From Clostridiales bacterium (GTDB taxonomy: Bacteria > Bacillota > Clostridia > Christensenellales > UBA1242): 64,000 nt of DNA. The number at the start of each line of letters is the position of its first letter. The first letter of the stretch is position 1. Positions 44,661 to 56,500 of the stretch are shown one piece after another. The notes under the pieces are model-generated. The model made no database searches and had not been told where the DNA came from. It worked only from the letters and a program-made list of their open reading frames with translations. Location of the stretch: positions 19,300 to 83,299 of the forward strand of contig SVIQ01000003.1 of the NCBI GenBank assembly GCA_015069415.1. The letters are read 5' to 3'. Made by a program: the position numbers and the translations under genes.

Positions 44661-44688
44661 AAAAAAACAGCATAAATGCTGTTTTTTT
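44661..44688. terminator. bidirectional terminator (small ORF / trpS)
   Basis: AAAAAAA-CAGCA-TAAA-TGCTG-TTTTTTT. Confidence 0.75.
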
Positions 44689-45673
44689 ACAATAATCCCA
44701 TGTTTTGTTTTGCTCTTTCTAAAGTTTCCTTTGCAACAACTTCAGCTTTCTTTGCACCCTTTTTCATTATTTCCATTAATTCATCTTCATGAGACAAATA
44801 GTACTCATATTTCTCTCTAATAGGTTTTAAAACAGAAATTATTGCTTCTGCTGTTCTATTTTTCAATGCTCCATAACCAAGACCTTCTAACTCTTTAACA
44901 ACATCTTCAATTTCTTTACCTTCACAAGCTGAAATTATAGTTAAAAGATTGCTTACTCCAGGTTGATTTTCTTCATCAAATTTAATTTGATTTAAGCTGT
45001 CAGTTACTGCTCTTTTTACTTTTTTAACAATAACTTCATCTGAATCTTCAAGTAAAATCATATTGTTTACATCGTCACCAGATTTACCCATTTTTGCTTG
45101 AGGATTTAACAAACCTTTAATTCTAGCACCAACTTTAGGAACTACCGCTTTCGGAACTACAAATGTTGCACCAAAACGATTATTAAATCTATTTGCAATA
45201 TCTCTTGTAAGCTCGACATGTTGCACCTGATCTTCTCCTACCGGAACAATGTTAGTATTAAACAACAATATATCTGCAGCCATAAGAACAGGATAAGTAA
45301 ACAACGCAGTTGTTAGCCCCTTTTCTCCTTTTGCAACATGATCTTTATATTGAGTCATGCGGTTTGCTTCACCCATCATAGTATTGCAATTTAACAACCA
45401 ACAAAGTTCGCTGTGTTCTTTTACTTGAGATTGAACATAAATAATAGACTTCTCTGGATCTAATCCGCATGCTAAAAACATAGCAAATTGTTTCATTGTC
45501 TTTGTTTTTACAAAGTCCGCAGACAAATCAACAGTATGAGCATGAAGATTTGCAATACAAAAATAGCAATCGTACTCATCTTGCAACTTAATCCAATTTT
45601 TTATAGCTCCAAGATAATTTCCAATGGTTAAATCTCCTGTAGGTTTAGTTGCACTATATAAAATCTTTTTCAT
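44687..45673 (-). CDS. trpS: tryptophanyl-tRNA synthetase
   Basis: KPTGDLTIGNYLGAI (HIGH region) and KMGKSG (KMSKS). 328 aa. Confidence 0.93.
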   Translation of the reverse strand: MKKILYSATKPTGDLTIGNYLGAIKNWIKLQDEYDCYFCIANLHAHTVDLSADFVKTKTMKQFAMFLACGLDPEKSIIYVQSQVKEHSELCWLLNCNTMMGEANRMTQYKDHVAKGEKGLTTALFTYPVLMAADILLFNTNIVPVGEDQVQHVELTRDIANRFNNRFGATFVVPKAVVPKVGARIKGLLNPQAKMGKSGDDVNNMILLEDSDEVIVKKVKRAVTDSLNQIKFDEENQPGVSNLLTIISACEGKEIEDVVKELEGLGYGALKNRTAEAIISVLKPIREKYEYYLSHEDELMEIMKKGAKKAEVVAKETLERAKQNMGLL

Positions 45674-45684
45674 AATATCTCCTT

Positions 45685-45738
45685 AAATAAAAACACTTGA
45701 TGCGTTCGTAATGTTATCCACAAAACATGCACCAAGTG
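45685..45738 (-). terminator. intrinsic terminator-like hairpin inside the trpS 5' leader (attenuator)
   Basis: Minus strand reads CACTTGGTGC-(25 nt)-GCATCAAGTG followed by TTTTTATTT. The single G.U pair works only in the minus-strand RNA. Ends 11 nt before the trpS SD. Confidence 0.6.
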
Positions 45739-45802
45739 CAAAATATTCAACAAATGTCTTGTGGCGAAATTAAAAACCACTTACACTAAATGTAAGTAAA
45801 AT

Positions 45803-45832
45803 TTATTTACGCCAACCATACATTCTAAACAT
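45803..45832 (-). CDS. candidate leader peptide MFRMYGWRK containing a Trp codon
   Basis: AAGGAG 6 nt upstream of the ATG, at the very 5' end of the predicted transcript. TGG lies at 45812..45814 and overlaps TGGCG, which can pair with CGCCA 46 nt downstream. Confidence 0.35.
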   Translation of the reverse strand: MFRMYGWRK

Positions 45833-45852
45833 TTTTTTCTCCTTATATTATA

Positions 45853-45881
45853 AGTATATCTAACAAAAACAATTTTGTCAA
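45853..45881 (-). promoter_or_regulatory. promoter TTGACA-17-TATACT of the trpS leader
   Basis: Minus strand reads TTGACA aaattgtttttgttaga TATACT. Confidence 0.6.
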
Positions 45882-45914
45882 CAATTATTGTAAATTATTT
45901 ACATTATCTCTAGC

Positions 45915-45942
45915 GTAAAAAAAATCCCGCAAATGCGGGATT
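45915..45942 (-). terminator. rho-independent terminator after tuf
   Basis: Minus strand reads ATCCCGC-ATTT-GCGGGAT followed by TTTTTTT. Confidence 0.85.
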
Positions 45943-45987
45943 TTAGGATTTCTAATTCGTTTTAGGTTTTGTTAAAATCTTTAAAGA

Positions 45988-47193
45988 TTATTTAATGATT
46001 TCAGCAACAACACCTGAACCAACTGTACGTCCACCTTCACGGATAGCAAATCTCATACCTTTTTCGATAGCGATTGGGTTGATCAATTCGATTTCCATAG
46101 TAAGGTTGTCGCCTGGCATAGCCATTTCAGTTCCTTCTGGAAGCTTAATAGAACCAGTAATATCAGTAGTACGAACGTAGAATTGAGGACGGTAACCATT
46201 GAAGAATGGAGTTGTACGTCCGCCTTCTTCTTTCTTCAATACGTATACTTCAGCCTTGAATTGAGTGTGAGGAGTGATTGAACCGATTTTAGCCAATACT
46301 TGTCCTCTTTCAATTTCAGTTCTTTGGATACCACGAAGTAATAATCCAGCGTTATCACCAGAACGAGCTTCGTCAAGTGACTTACGGAACATTTCAATAC
46401 CAGTAACTACAACTTTACGTGTAGGTTTGATACCAACTAATTCAACTTCTTCGTTAAGTTTAAGAACACCACGTTCAACTCTACCTGTAGCAACAGTACC
46501 ACGACCAGTAATAGAGAATACGTCTTCAACTGGCATTAAGAAAGGTTTTTCAGTGTCACGTACTGGATCTGGGATGTAAGAGTCAACAGCGTCCATTAAT
46601 TCTCTGATGCAGTCGCAAGCAGCGTCATTAACGTTACCAGCTGAAGCAGCTTCAAGAGCCTTAAATGCAGAACCCTTAATAACTGGGATGTCATCTCCTG
46701 GGAATCCATAAGAAGATAACAATTCACGAATTTCCATTTCAACCAAGTCTAAGATTTCTGGATCGTCAACAAGGTCAGTTTTGTTCATGAATACAACGAT
46801 GTAAGGAACACCTACTTGACGAGCAAGCAAGATATGTTCTTTAGTTTGAGGCATTGGACCGTCAGTAGAAGCAACAACAAGGATTGCTCCGTCCATTTGA
46901 GCAGCACCAGTGATCATGTTTTTAACATAGTCAGCGTGTCCTGGGCAGTCAACGTGTGCATAGTGACGTTTTGCAGTCTCATATTCAATGTGTGATGTGT
47001 TAATTGTAATACCACGAGCTCTTTCTTCTGGAGTGTTATCGATACCAGCATAATCTTTAGCGTCAGCCTTGAAGCCCATTTTAGCTAAAGTAAGGTTGAT
47101 AGCAGCAGTAAGAGTAGTCTTACCGTGGTCAACGTGACCGATAGTACCAATATTAACGTGTGGTTTACTTCTGTCAAAGTTAGCTTTTGCCAT
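45988..47193 (-). CDS. tuf: elongation factor Tu
   Basis: [13 protein letters not shown]...DCPGHADY...NKTD. Confidence 0.98.
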   Translation of the reverse strand: MAKANFDRSKPHVNIGTIGHVDHGKTTLTAAINLTLAKMGFKADAKDYAGIDNTPEERARGITINTSHIEYETAKRHYAHVDCPGHADYVKNMITGAAQMDGAILVVASTDGPMPQTKEHILLARQVGVPYIVVFMNKTDLVDDPEILDLVEMEIRELLSSYGFPGDDIPVIKGSAFKALEAASAGNVNDAACDCIRELMDAVDSYIPDPVRDTEKPFLMPVEDVFSITGRGTVATGRVERGVLKLNEEVELVGIKPTRKVVVTGIEMFRKSLDEARSGDNAGLLLRGIQRTEIERGQVLAKIGSITPHTQFKAEVYVLKKEEGGRTTPFFNGYRPQFYVRTTDITGSIKLPEGTEMAMPGDNLTMEIELINPIAIEKGMRFAIREGGRTVGSGVVAEIIK

Positions 47194-47279
47194 AAATAAA
47201 TTCTCCTTTATATAATAAACAATTTTATTTTACTCTAAACTTCATTACAAAGTCAAGCAAAATGCATTAATTTTGAAAA

Positions 47280-49364
47280 TTATCCGTCGATTTTCTTTCT
47301 ATCGCCGACAATTTTGTCTGAAATACTTTTTGGAGTTTCAGCATAGTGACTGAACAACATTACGAAATCTCCAAGACCTTTTGTGCTTCCACGTAAGTCT
47401 GTCATATAACCGAACATTTCAGAAAGTGGAACTTCAGCATGGATAAGTTGAACATTACCAGGTCTAGTTTCAGTACCAGTTAAGATACCTCTACGAGAAG
47501 TAAGTCCTCCCATAACTGTTCCAAGATATTCATCTGGAACTTCAACGTCAACTTTCATGATAGGCTCTAGTAAAACTGGATCAGCTTTTCTCATAGCCTC
47601 TTTAAATGCCATAGAACCAGCAATCTTGAACGCCATTTCACTTGAATCGACGTCATGGTAAGATCCGTCATAAACGTTTACCTTGAAGTCAATTGTTTCA
47701 TATCCCGCGATAACACCAGACTTTTTAGCTTCTTGAATACCGGCGTCAATAGGTCCGATAAATTCTTTAGGAATAGCTCCACCAACAACTGAGTTTTCAA
47801 AGATGTAACCTTTATCTCTTTCAAGAGGTTCCATTTTGATTTTACAGTGACCGTATTGTCCACGACCACCAGATTGTTTAATGTACTTTCCTTCAGCTTC
47901 AACAGCTTTACGAATTGTTTCTTTGTAAGCAACTTGTGGACGACCAACAGTAACTTCAACACCAAATTCTCTCTTCATTCTGTCTACCAAAATGTCAAGG
48001 TGTAATTCTCCCATTCCGGCAATAATAGTTTGACCAGTTTGTTCGTCAGTGTAAGCCTTGAATGTTGGATCTTCTTCCATAAGTTTTGATAAAGCAATAC
48101 CAAGTTTTTCTTGAGCTTGTTTATCTTTAGGTTCAATTGCTTGCTCAATAACTGGTTTCATGAATTCCATTTCTTCTAACTTGATTGGAAATTTTTCATC
48201 ACAAAGAGTGTCACCAGTTCCTGTATATTTTAAGCCTACAACAGCACAAATATCACCAGCTAATACTTCGTCAATATCTGTACGGTTATTTGAATGCATA
48301 TGAAGCAAACGACCAATTCTTTCTTTCTTGTCTTTAGCACTGTTTAAAACATAGCTACCAGCAGATAATTTACCACTGTACACACGGATAAATGTGATAC
48401 GACCAACGAATGGGTCTGTAGCAATTTTGAATGCTAAAGCAGCAAATGGTTCGTCATCACTGTTGTTTCTTTCAACAGATGAACCATCTTCTAATGTACC
48501 AGAAATTGCCGGAACATCAATTGGGCTTGGCATGTAATCAACAATAGCGTTCAACAATTCTTGAATACCTTTGTTTTTAGCAGCTGTTCCGCATAATACT
48601 GGGAACATTTTCAATTGACAAGTTGCAGCACGAATTCCCTTTTTGATTTCATCATTAGTTAATTCTTCACCGCTAAAGAACTTGTCTAATAATACGTCAT
48701 CTGTTTCAGCAACAGATTCGATCATTTTTTGTCTGTATTCTTGACACTCAGCTAACATGTCAGCAGGAATTTCTTCTTCTCTAACATCTTTTCCAAGATC
48801 ATCATAGAACACATAAGCCTTCATCTTGATAAGGTCAACGAAACCTTTAAAAGTTTCAGCTTGACCAATAGGCAATTGAACAGGAACAACATTTGCTCCT
48901 AATCTTTCTTTCATATTTGCTACAACTTTTAAGAAGTTAGCATCGTTAATGTCCATTTTGTTTACGAAACAAATTCTTGGAACATTAAATTTTGTAGCTT
49001 GTTTCCAAACTTTTTCTGATTGAGTTTGAACACCAGCACGAGCACTAAACAACGCAACAGCACCGTCTAATACTTTTAAAGAACGTTCAACTTCAACTGT
49101 GAAGTCAACGTGTCCTGGAGTATCGATGATGTTGATTGAACAATCTTTCCATTTACAAGTTGTACAAGCAGAAGTAATTGTGATACCTCTTTCTTGTTCT
49201 TGTGCCATCCAGTCCATTGTTGCAGCACCATCATGAACTTCTCCTAACTTGTGGTTAATACCAGTGTAGAACAAAATTCTTTCAGTTGTTGTTGTTTTAC
49301 CAGTATCAATGTGAGCCATGATACCGACATTTCTAATTTTCTCTAATGGAACTTGTCTTGCCAT
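47280..49364 (-). CDS. fusA: elongation factor G
   Basis: [22 protein letters not shown]...[10 protein letters not shown]. Confidence 0.98.
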   Translation of the reverse strand: MARQVPLEKIRNVGIMAHIDTGKTTTTERILFYTGINHKLGEVHDGAATMDWMAQEQERGITITSACTTCKWKDCSINIIDTPGHVDFTVEVERSLKVLDGAVALFSARAGVQTQSEKVWKQATKFNVPRICFVNKMDINDANFLKVVANMKERLGANVVPVQLPIGQAETFKGFVDLIKMKAYVFYDDLGKDVREEEIPADMLAECQEYRQKMIESVAETDDVLLDKFFSGEELTNDEIKKGIRAATCQLKMFPVLCGTAAKNKGIQELLNAIVDYMPSPIDVPAISGTLEDGSSVERNNSDDEPFAALAFKIATDPFVGRITFIRVYSGKLSAGSYVLNSAKDKKERIGRLLHMHSNNRTDIDEVLAGDICAVVGLKYTGTGDTLCDEKFPIKLEEMEFMKPVIEQAIEPKDKQAQEKLGIALSKLMEEDPTFKAYTDEQTGQTIIAGMGELHLDILVDRMKREFGVEVTVGRPQVAYKETIRKAVEAEGKYIKQSGGRGQYGHCKIKMEPLERDKGYIFENSVVGGAIPKEFIGPIDAGIQEAKKSGVIAGYETIDFKVNVYDGSYHDVDSSEMAFKIAGSMAFKEAMRKADPVLLEPIMKVDVEVPDEYLGTVMGGLTSRRGILTGTETRPGNVQLIHAEVPLSEMFGYMTDLRGSTKGLGDFVMLFSHYAETPKSISDKIVGDRKKIDG

Positions 49365-49377
49365 TTATTCCCCCTTA

Positions 49378-49848
49378 TTACCAACGATAGTGAGCGAAAG
49401 CTTTGTTAGCTTCTGCTTGTCTATGCATATCGTCACGTTTCTTGATTGCTCCACCTGCTTGGTTGAATGCATCAGCGATTTCAGCAGCAAGTTTGTTTTC
49501 CATACCGCGTTCGTTACGCTTTCTAGCGCACATTACTAACCAACGGATAGCTAAAGTTTGTTGTCTAGCTGGGCTAACGTCCATAGGAACTTGATAGTTA
49601 GCGCCACCAACACGTCTAGCTTTAGTTTCAAGTTTTGGTTTAATGTTTTCAATAGCAGTAGTCAAAACATTTAAAGCTTCATCGTTTACTTTTTCACTAG
49701 CTGTTTTCATAGCAGTGTAAACGATAGATTGAGCAATGCCTTTCTTTCCATCTAACATTACTTGATTAACAATTTTAGTAACCAAAGTAGAATTGTAAAG
49801 TGGATCTGGTAAAACTTCACGTTTTACAGCCGCATTTCTTCTTGACAT
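49378..49848 (-). CDS. rpsG: 30S ribosomal protein S7
   Basis: [20 protein letters not shown]...[10 protein letters not shown]. Confidence 0.97.
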   Translation of the reverse strand: MSRRNAAVKREVLPDPLYNSTLVTKIVNQVMLDGKKGIAQSIVYTAMKTASEKVNDEALNVLTTAIENIKPKLETKARRVGGANYQVPMDVSPARQQTLAIRWLVMCARKRNERGMENKLAAEIADAFNQAGGAIKKRDDMHRQAEANKAFAHYRW

Positions 49849-50027
49849 AATTTTCTCCTTTATAAATTTTATTAAACTAAATTTTTTATATATTTTATAA
49901 TCTTTAATTCATTATCATTTTGCGTTTTAAACCTATCAATGTAAGAACAAGAATTCTTGTGCCGAAAGCTAAAAAGCACAATAATGAAGTTTGCAAAGCA
50001 AACAATTAAAGAAGGCGATTATCCTGC

Positions 50028-50399
50028 TTACTTAGGACGTTTAGCGCCGTATTTACTTCTACCTTGTTTACGTTTTTGAACAGCAGCAGTATCTAATGCG
50101 CCACGAACAACGTGATATCTTACACCTGGAAGGTCTGGAACACGTCCGCCACGAACTAGCACTACGTTATGCTCTTGAAGATTGTGTCCTTCACCTGGAA
50201 TGTAACAAGTAGTTTCTTTACCATTACTTAAACGAACTCTACAAATCTTACGTAAAGCTGAGTTTGGTTTTTTAGGTGTAGTAGTAGTAACTGTTAAACA
50301 AACTCCACGCTTAAATGGTGAACCATCAAGCAAAATTGATTGAGATTTTTCAACTTGTTTTACTCTACCTTTTCTTACCAATTGATTAACTGTAGGCAT
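50028..50399 (-). CDS. rpsL: 30S ribosomal protein S12
   Basis: [12 protein letters not shown]...[10 protein letters not shown]...[15 protein letters not shown]. Start at the ATG after AAGGAGG. Confidence 0.97.
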   Translation of the reverse strand: MPTVNQLVRKGRVKQVEKSQSILLDGSPFKRGVCLTVTTTTPKKPNSALRKICRVRLSNGKETTCYIPGEGHNLQEHNVVLVRGGRVPDLPGVRYHVVRGALDTAAVQKRKQGRSKYGAKRPK

Positions 50400-50487
50400 G
50401 TATTTCCTCCTTATAAAAAATAAAAGCAACCTCTTTTGGCATTATGCCAAGTATAGTCAAAGCAGCATTTTGCACTATAACAAATTA

Positions 50488-50516
50488 ATTATACAAAACA
50501 ACAGTGAAAATGTCAA
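50488..50516 (-). promoter_or_regulatory. consensus promoter TTGACA-17-TATAAT of the str operon
   Basis: Minus strand reads TTGACA ttttcactgttgttttg TATAAT. Confidence 0.7.
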
Positions 50517-50548
50517 TAGATTTAAGAAATTAAATTTAAAATTTAAAC

Positions 50549-50580
50549 AAAAAAAATAGGGTTTGTTTACCCTATTTTTT
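50549..50580 (-). terminator. rho-independent terminator after the 2211-aa gene
   Basis: ATAGGG-(8 nt)-CCCTAT, with a T-run on the minus strand. Confidence 0.75.
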
Positions 50581-50582
50581 TA

Positions 50583-53500
50583 TTAACCTAAAAGATTCCA
50601 AATATCTCCCCATTCGTCTGGAACAGTAACAACAATGTCACCGTCGACAACAGGAATGTCTTCAGCAAACCAATCTTCAAGAATCAAATAATACTTTTGA
50701 TTTACAAGATCTCTCTCGACAGTTTGAACAACTTTATCAGGTTCTGCGAATGCATCTTTTTGTCCATCTCCATATTCGTAAGCGTAGAAGACAAATTGAA
50801 TATCTTCAAATTCGTCGTCACTAAATGTAGGAGTGTAATTTAAGAAGATTATTTCCCATTTTCCAAAATAAAGTTTATAATCAGTTCCGTCAATAACCTT
50901 TTCGTAACCTTCTTCAGATTTCAACATGATTGTAGCACCAAGTTCAGTTAATTTAGTCATATCAATATGCGCAGTTTTCATATCCTTAATAACTGCAGTG
51001 AAATCAAACTCAGAAGACACATCCCAAGAGTATGTTAAAATTCCATCAGCTTCTGAAACGAATTTAAAGAAACCATCCGTAGTATGATCTTTTGTTATGA
51101 AAATATTTGAACCGTTGTAATTTCCTGAGAAACCTAAAAGAGTCGATGTTGAAGTACTAAATTTGTTTGTATCAACATAAACATTTAAATTTCCTTCTGT
51201 TGGTAAAATTAAATTACCAGATTCGTCAACTATATAATTTTCTCTATCAGTAGAAATTATATCATTTAAACCTAGTTTAATTTCACCATCGGCATCACTC
51301 ATCTTCCAACCTGTAGTATAAACAACTTTAATATACAAATTGTTTTCAGTAGAACGAGTTAAAGCAAATGTTGTAGGTTTATTAAACAATCCTGCAAGAA
51401 CAACATTTTCTTGTGTTGTACCATATCCATTGTAATAAATCCAATCAACTTCGTCATAACTATAATAAACTTTAGCCGTTTGTACATATTTGTCTTGACT
51501 AGGTAAGATATTTGCAGATAAATACAATTTACTGTTTTCATAAACTTCAGTGTTAGTACCCACCTCAATAACATCACCATATTTAGCTAGAAGCGTAGAT
51601 ATGTTTCCAGCTTCACCATTTTCCATAGTGAATGAAACATTCCAAATTTCAGGAGCCCAAACAGCATAAATATTATGACCTAATGATTTAGTTGCAGTGT
51701 AGTTGGTGATTGAATCTATAATGTAGTAGGTAACCCCATCTTGAACTACTGTGTCTTTTATTTTATATTCGAACACAGTATTATTATTTTGAACACAAGA
51801 AATTAAGGTCTTATCAGCATTTACAGTCCAACCATTTGAAACTACATCAATAGACTTTAATCCCCATCCAATGAAGTCTGTATCTCCAGTGATTGTATGT
51901 GTAATTTTATGTTCTCCAGAATTCTTCTTAGCATACATTGAGTGAGCATAAGTTTCATTGTCAAATTTAACAAGGTTTCCATTTTCAACATTATCATAAG
52001 CGTCAAGATAGAAAGCATCAATGATAACAATTGATTTGAAAGTTCCGTCATCCTTATAATAATCTGACAAACCGAGATCAAGCGTTGGATAAACTAAATT
52101 GACTTTACTAATATGACTTTCTGTTACACCTTCCATCTCAGTAGTTACATATACAATCCTTGACGTAGATTCAGTTACTTCAGAAGTGTCATAACCTTTA
52201 GCTACAGTATATCCTTCTTTATATACAGTTATATTTTTATTAATGTAATCAGCTGAACCAGTTTTTAAATATGCATTAGCTCCCAAATATATTTTAGGAA
52301 CATAGTTTCCGTCCCAGTATTCAAACACGGATAAAGTGTATAAATCATAAACATTTTCAGCAAGTGATTCATTTACAATTTTCCCTCTAAAATTAAAATC
52401 TACGTTATCTTTGACATAAATTCCGGCACCTTGACTTGCTTCACAATTTAAGATATCCACTCCGCTAGAAGTCCAACTTGATCCAGACGCTAAGTACACT
52501 CCGCCACCATTATGTTTTACCTTATTTCCTGAAATTTCTCCACCCGTAAGTTCAACAGTTCCTAAAGAATAAATTGCACCACCGCCTCCTGCATAATTTC
52601 CTACATACTTAACATTTTCACTTGAAAGGAAAGCTCCAGAAGCGTTATAGACAGCCCCGCCCCTACCAGTTGAACCGGTTGCTGAATTATAACTAACACT
52701 TCCTCCGGTCAATGTCGCGGTACCATTATTCTGAATAGCGCCAGAATTACCATCTGTGTTTTCATTGTATTCAATAGATCCCCCAGACATAGTAAGCGAA
52801 CATCCAGAAGATATCCATATTCCCGCTCCACCATATACTGAAGTGTTGTGAGAAATTGTACCTGAAGATAAATTCATTGTAGATGAAGAAACAAGATAAA
52901 CAGCGCCCGTAGTAGGTGCATAACTATTTGAAATAGTTCCGCCAGACATATTTAAGGTTGAGCCAATCAAATATATTGCTCCACCTTGTGAACATGCCTT
53001 ATGATCATCAATAATACCACTAATAAAAATAAGTATACAAGTATTAGCATATATCGCTCCACCATAAGAATTATATTTTATAGTGTAAGAATAACCGCCT
53101 CCTTCTTGCTCTTCACGTAAATATCCCGCGTAATTATGTTGCAATTTCATATCTTCGCCGTCAATTGTGAGATTTCCAATTGCATAAATTCCACCACCTG
53201 AAGTCTTTGCAACGTTGTAAGAAATTTCTCCACCATTTAGGGTAGTTTTATATGTACTGTAAATTCCAGCACCATTAACTGCTGTATTGTGAGAAATCGT
53301 TCCTCCAGCCATAACCATTTCCGAATTCCTAGCCCAACCACCATTTTCTTTCAAGAAAATAGCTCCACCGTCAGCTTCTGCATGGTTTTCAGTTAAAAGT
53401 CCGCCATTTAATGTTAGAGTGGCACCCTCAAAATAAATACCTCCACCATATTTAGCACTGTTGTAAGATATTTCTCCTGAATCTATAACGATGTATCCAT

Positions 53501-56500
53501 CATCGCAACTGTAAACACCTCCGCCATATGAATTCACTTCGCCATTATAAGTGTAATTTGTTGCTAAATATCTATCTGTTCCAGAATATGTGTAACCTGC
53601 ATAATTATTTTTTATTGTACTATTTTCTACTGTTAGCTGTCCGCAATAAATCGCTCCACCTGAAGTTCCAGCCAAATTGTAAGAAAACTCAGCATTCTGA
53701 ACATTGAAAGGATCATCATACTTAAAATATGTTGAATAAATAGCACCTCCGGAAACTGAAGCATGATTCCCTTTAAATTTTCCGCCATCTATTGATTTAA
53801 ATGCACCGTATAAACCCGCACCGTTTTGTGCATTGTTTCCAGAAATTTCTCCGCCGGTAACATCTACTAATCCAAATACAGCTCCACCATTATTCTCAGC
53901 AGTATTATTTAATAATTTTACTCCATCAGCAATAGTTAAGGAATTCATAGTATAAATTCCACCACCATTGTCAGCAAAATTTCCATCAATTGTAGCACTT
54001 GTTAAATTCAACTCTCCATATACATAATATTCATCAAACCAACCGGTTTCCCAATTATCTACAGTGTAATAATGTACATCAACATAAATTCCGCCACCAT
54101 TACCCTCTTGTGTATATTCATCCAAGTAACCGTAGGTAGAGTCTTGATAATATGTGTAACCTGTTGCTTCGTTGTTAGAAATTGTTGTGTTACCTTCTAT
54201 GTTACATATTCCTGAAATTGTATTTGCACCCACATATATTCCTCCTCCGTAAGAGGATGCAGTGTTTGAATTTACTGTTACAGAAGTTAACGTAAGAGTA
54301 GTATTCCCATTTTGGAAAATACCTCCTCCTTTACCTATTCCTGACCCATATTGAATTTCTTGACTTGAAGGATCTAAACCTGCTCTGTTATCTATAATTG
54401 TAGCATTTTGAATATGTCCAACAACTTCTGATGTAGAACCAACATAAAGTCCTCCACCAACAGATGATGCCGTATTGTTTGAAATTGTTCCATCCGAGAT
54501 AGTAAATTCTGAACAACTAATGTAAAGTCCTCCACCTTCATTAGCATTATTAAGAGTAATATCTCCGTAGGTCATTTCAAAACTTGAAGTACTCGAAGAA
54601 TATATTCCTCCACCATGGTAAGTAGCTGTATTATTGGAAATTGTTCCTCCAGCGAAGTTAAGTGTACCATTTGAAATGATTCCACCTCCATTTTCCCCCG
54701 CAGTATTGTTTGAAATTGTTCCTCCATTCATATTAGTCGTGCCTAATGAGTAAATCGCACCACCTGCACTTCCGGCAGTATTATTAGAGATTGTACCACT
54801 TTCCAAAATAAACAATCCGGCATTGTTATAGACAGCTCCTCCATTAATTGCATGATTTGATGAGATTAGAGTATCCGTACCTTCCAATGAAGTATCTCTC
54901 ATTTCTACTACACCATCAGAATAAATTCCTCCGCCACAACTTAATGCATTATTATTGGAAATTGTTAGTTTTGCTATTGTTACACTTGCATCTGAAGTTA
55001 CATACATTGCTCCGCCATTTGTTGATGCTTCACAATTAGTAATTGTTCCTCCTTCTATAAACAAAGATTCACCAGCAAAATAAATAGCACCACCGCAACC
55101 ATCATATTCAGATTGTTGTCTATTTTGACTGTAAATGTAATAATATCCAGCCTCACAATTAGTTATATTTACTTCATGAGTGATCACAGCATTACCTAGA
55201 CTGTAAATAGCTCCTCCGCTTCTTTCGGCCACATTATAAATGAAGGTTCCGCCATTAAGTTCTAAATATGCAGATGTATCGATGTATATTGCTCCACCGT
55301 CTAGACGTGCATAGTTATCATGATTAATTTGATCATAATAATTTTCATCAAAACCGCCAAATTCAAGAGTTCCATCTCCATCAAGATCCACTCCTCCAAA
55401 ACGTGTTGGTGAATTCTCTGGTATTAGCAACTTACCTAATTTAACATACGCTCCTCCTCCGTACTGCGCCTGATTAGCATGAATTCTAGCGTTTGTTAAA
55501 GTTACAACTCCGTTTTCTACTTCATAATAAATACCACCACCAAAATCTGTAGCATAACAATACACAATATCCACATCGTCTAAAATTAAATTAGATTCAG
55601 TTTTTTCGTCTATTCTATCTAAATATGAAACTGACAATCTGCTTGAAAGAGGTTGCATAGAATTAGTTTTTCTTACATATATTCCACCACCATTTTCAGC
55701 TTCACAGTTTAAAACTTTTAATCCATCCAAATCCATCAAAGTATTTACATTTGATGAAGTAAAATCTAAAGAAAGTCCGCCACCGTTTTTTGTTGTATTA
55801 TTAATGTTGTTTTGAATCACAACATTTCCATTTAATACAATATCTTGACCATTATTCTCAATCACCGCACCGGACAAGAGATTATTAGCCTTTATTAAAT
55901 CTTTGTTACCATCTAAAATAAATTCTTTAGGACTGTTTTCATCACCTAGAATAAGTTTTGAAGAATCTCCAGTTTTTATCATGCTATCATTGTTTGATAT
56001 ATCTCTTACTATTTTTGTTTGCCTATCTGAATTAATAACTATTTCTTTATTACCAGAAACTTCAATTGTTTCTTTAAGAAACACTTGTTTTACAATAATA
56101 TTAATTTCTGTTGATTCATCGTTTTCTGCATTTAAAACGGCATTATTAATTGAAACGTCTTCATTTGATATTGTGCCATCTTCTTGATTCACGACACCAA
56201 TGTAACAAGCTCCTTCCATGAAAACTTTGTTAAATTTTGTAAGAATTGGGAAATCAAAATCGAATTTTTCGGCGCCTTCAACTGTTGTATAGTCGCACCA
56301 AACATCATTTGCTGTCCATTCTTTAGTGTATCCTTCGAAATCATTAAATGATTTATTTTTACTTATATTTTTTACATTATTTAATGATAAATTAGCAGAA
56401 TTTTTATGAGAATTTTCGTTTGCATAATATGAATTGCTTACATTCAATAAATTCTCTCCTTCAATTTTTGCAACCAATCCATAATTCTTATCACCTTTAA

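Noticed and set aside
45714-45722. Perfect DnaA box TTATCCACA.
   Set aside because: It is a single isolated copy inside the trpS leader hairpin loop. About one such 9-mer is expected by chance in 64 kb at this base composition. There is no cluster, no AT-rich unwinding element context, and no dnaA or dnaN nearby.
45995-49594. Several 60-100-aa ORFs antisense to, or out of frame within, tuf, fusA and rpsG (for example 45995-46180, 46274-46579, 47678-47965, 49318-49539, 49403-49594).
   Set aside because: They lie inside genes under very strong purifying selection and have low-complexity Ser/Pro/Ile- or Leu/Lys-rich translations. This is typical frame-shadow ORF behaviour.
52300-55900. Possible DNA-level tandem repeats or a CRISPR-like periodicity inside the giant gene.
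   Set aside because: The periodicity is at the protein-motif level (GGAIY every 20-45 codons). Spacing is variable and the nucleotide sequence is degenerate, and the stretch lies in one uninterrupted reading frame.
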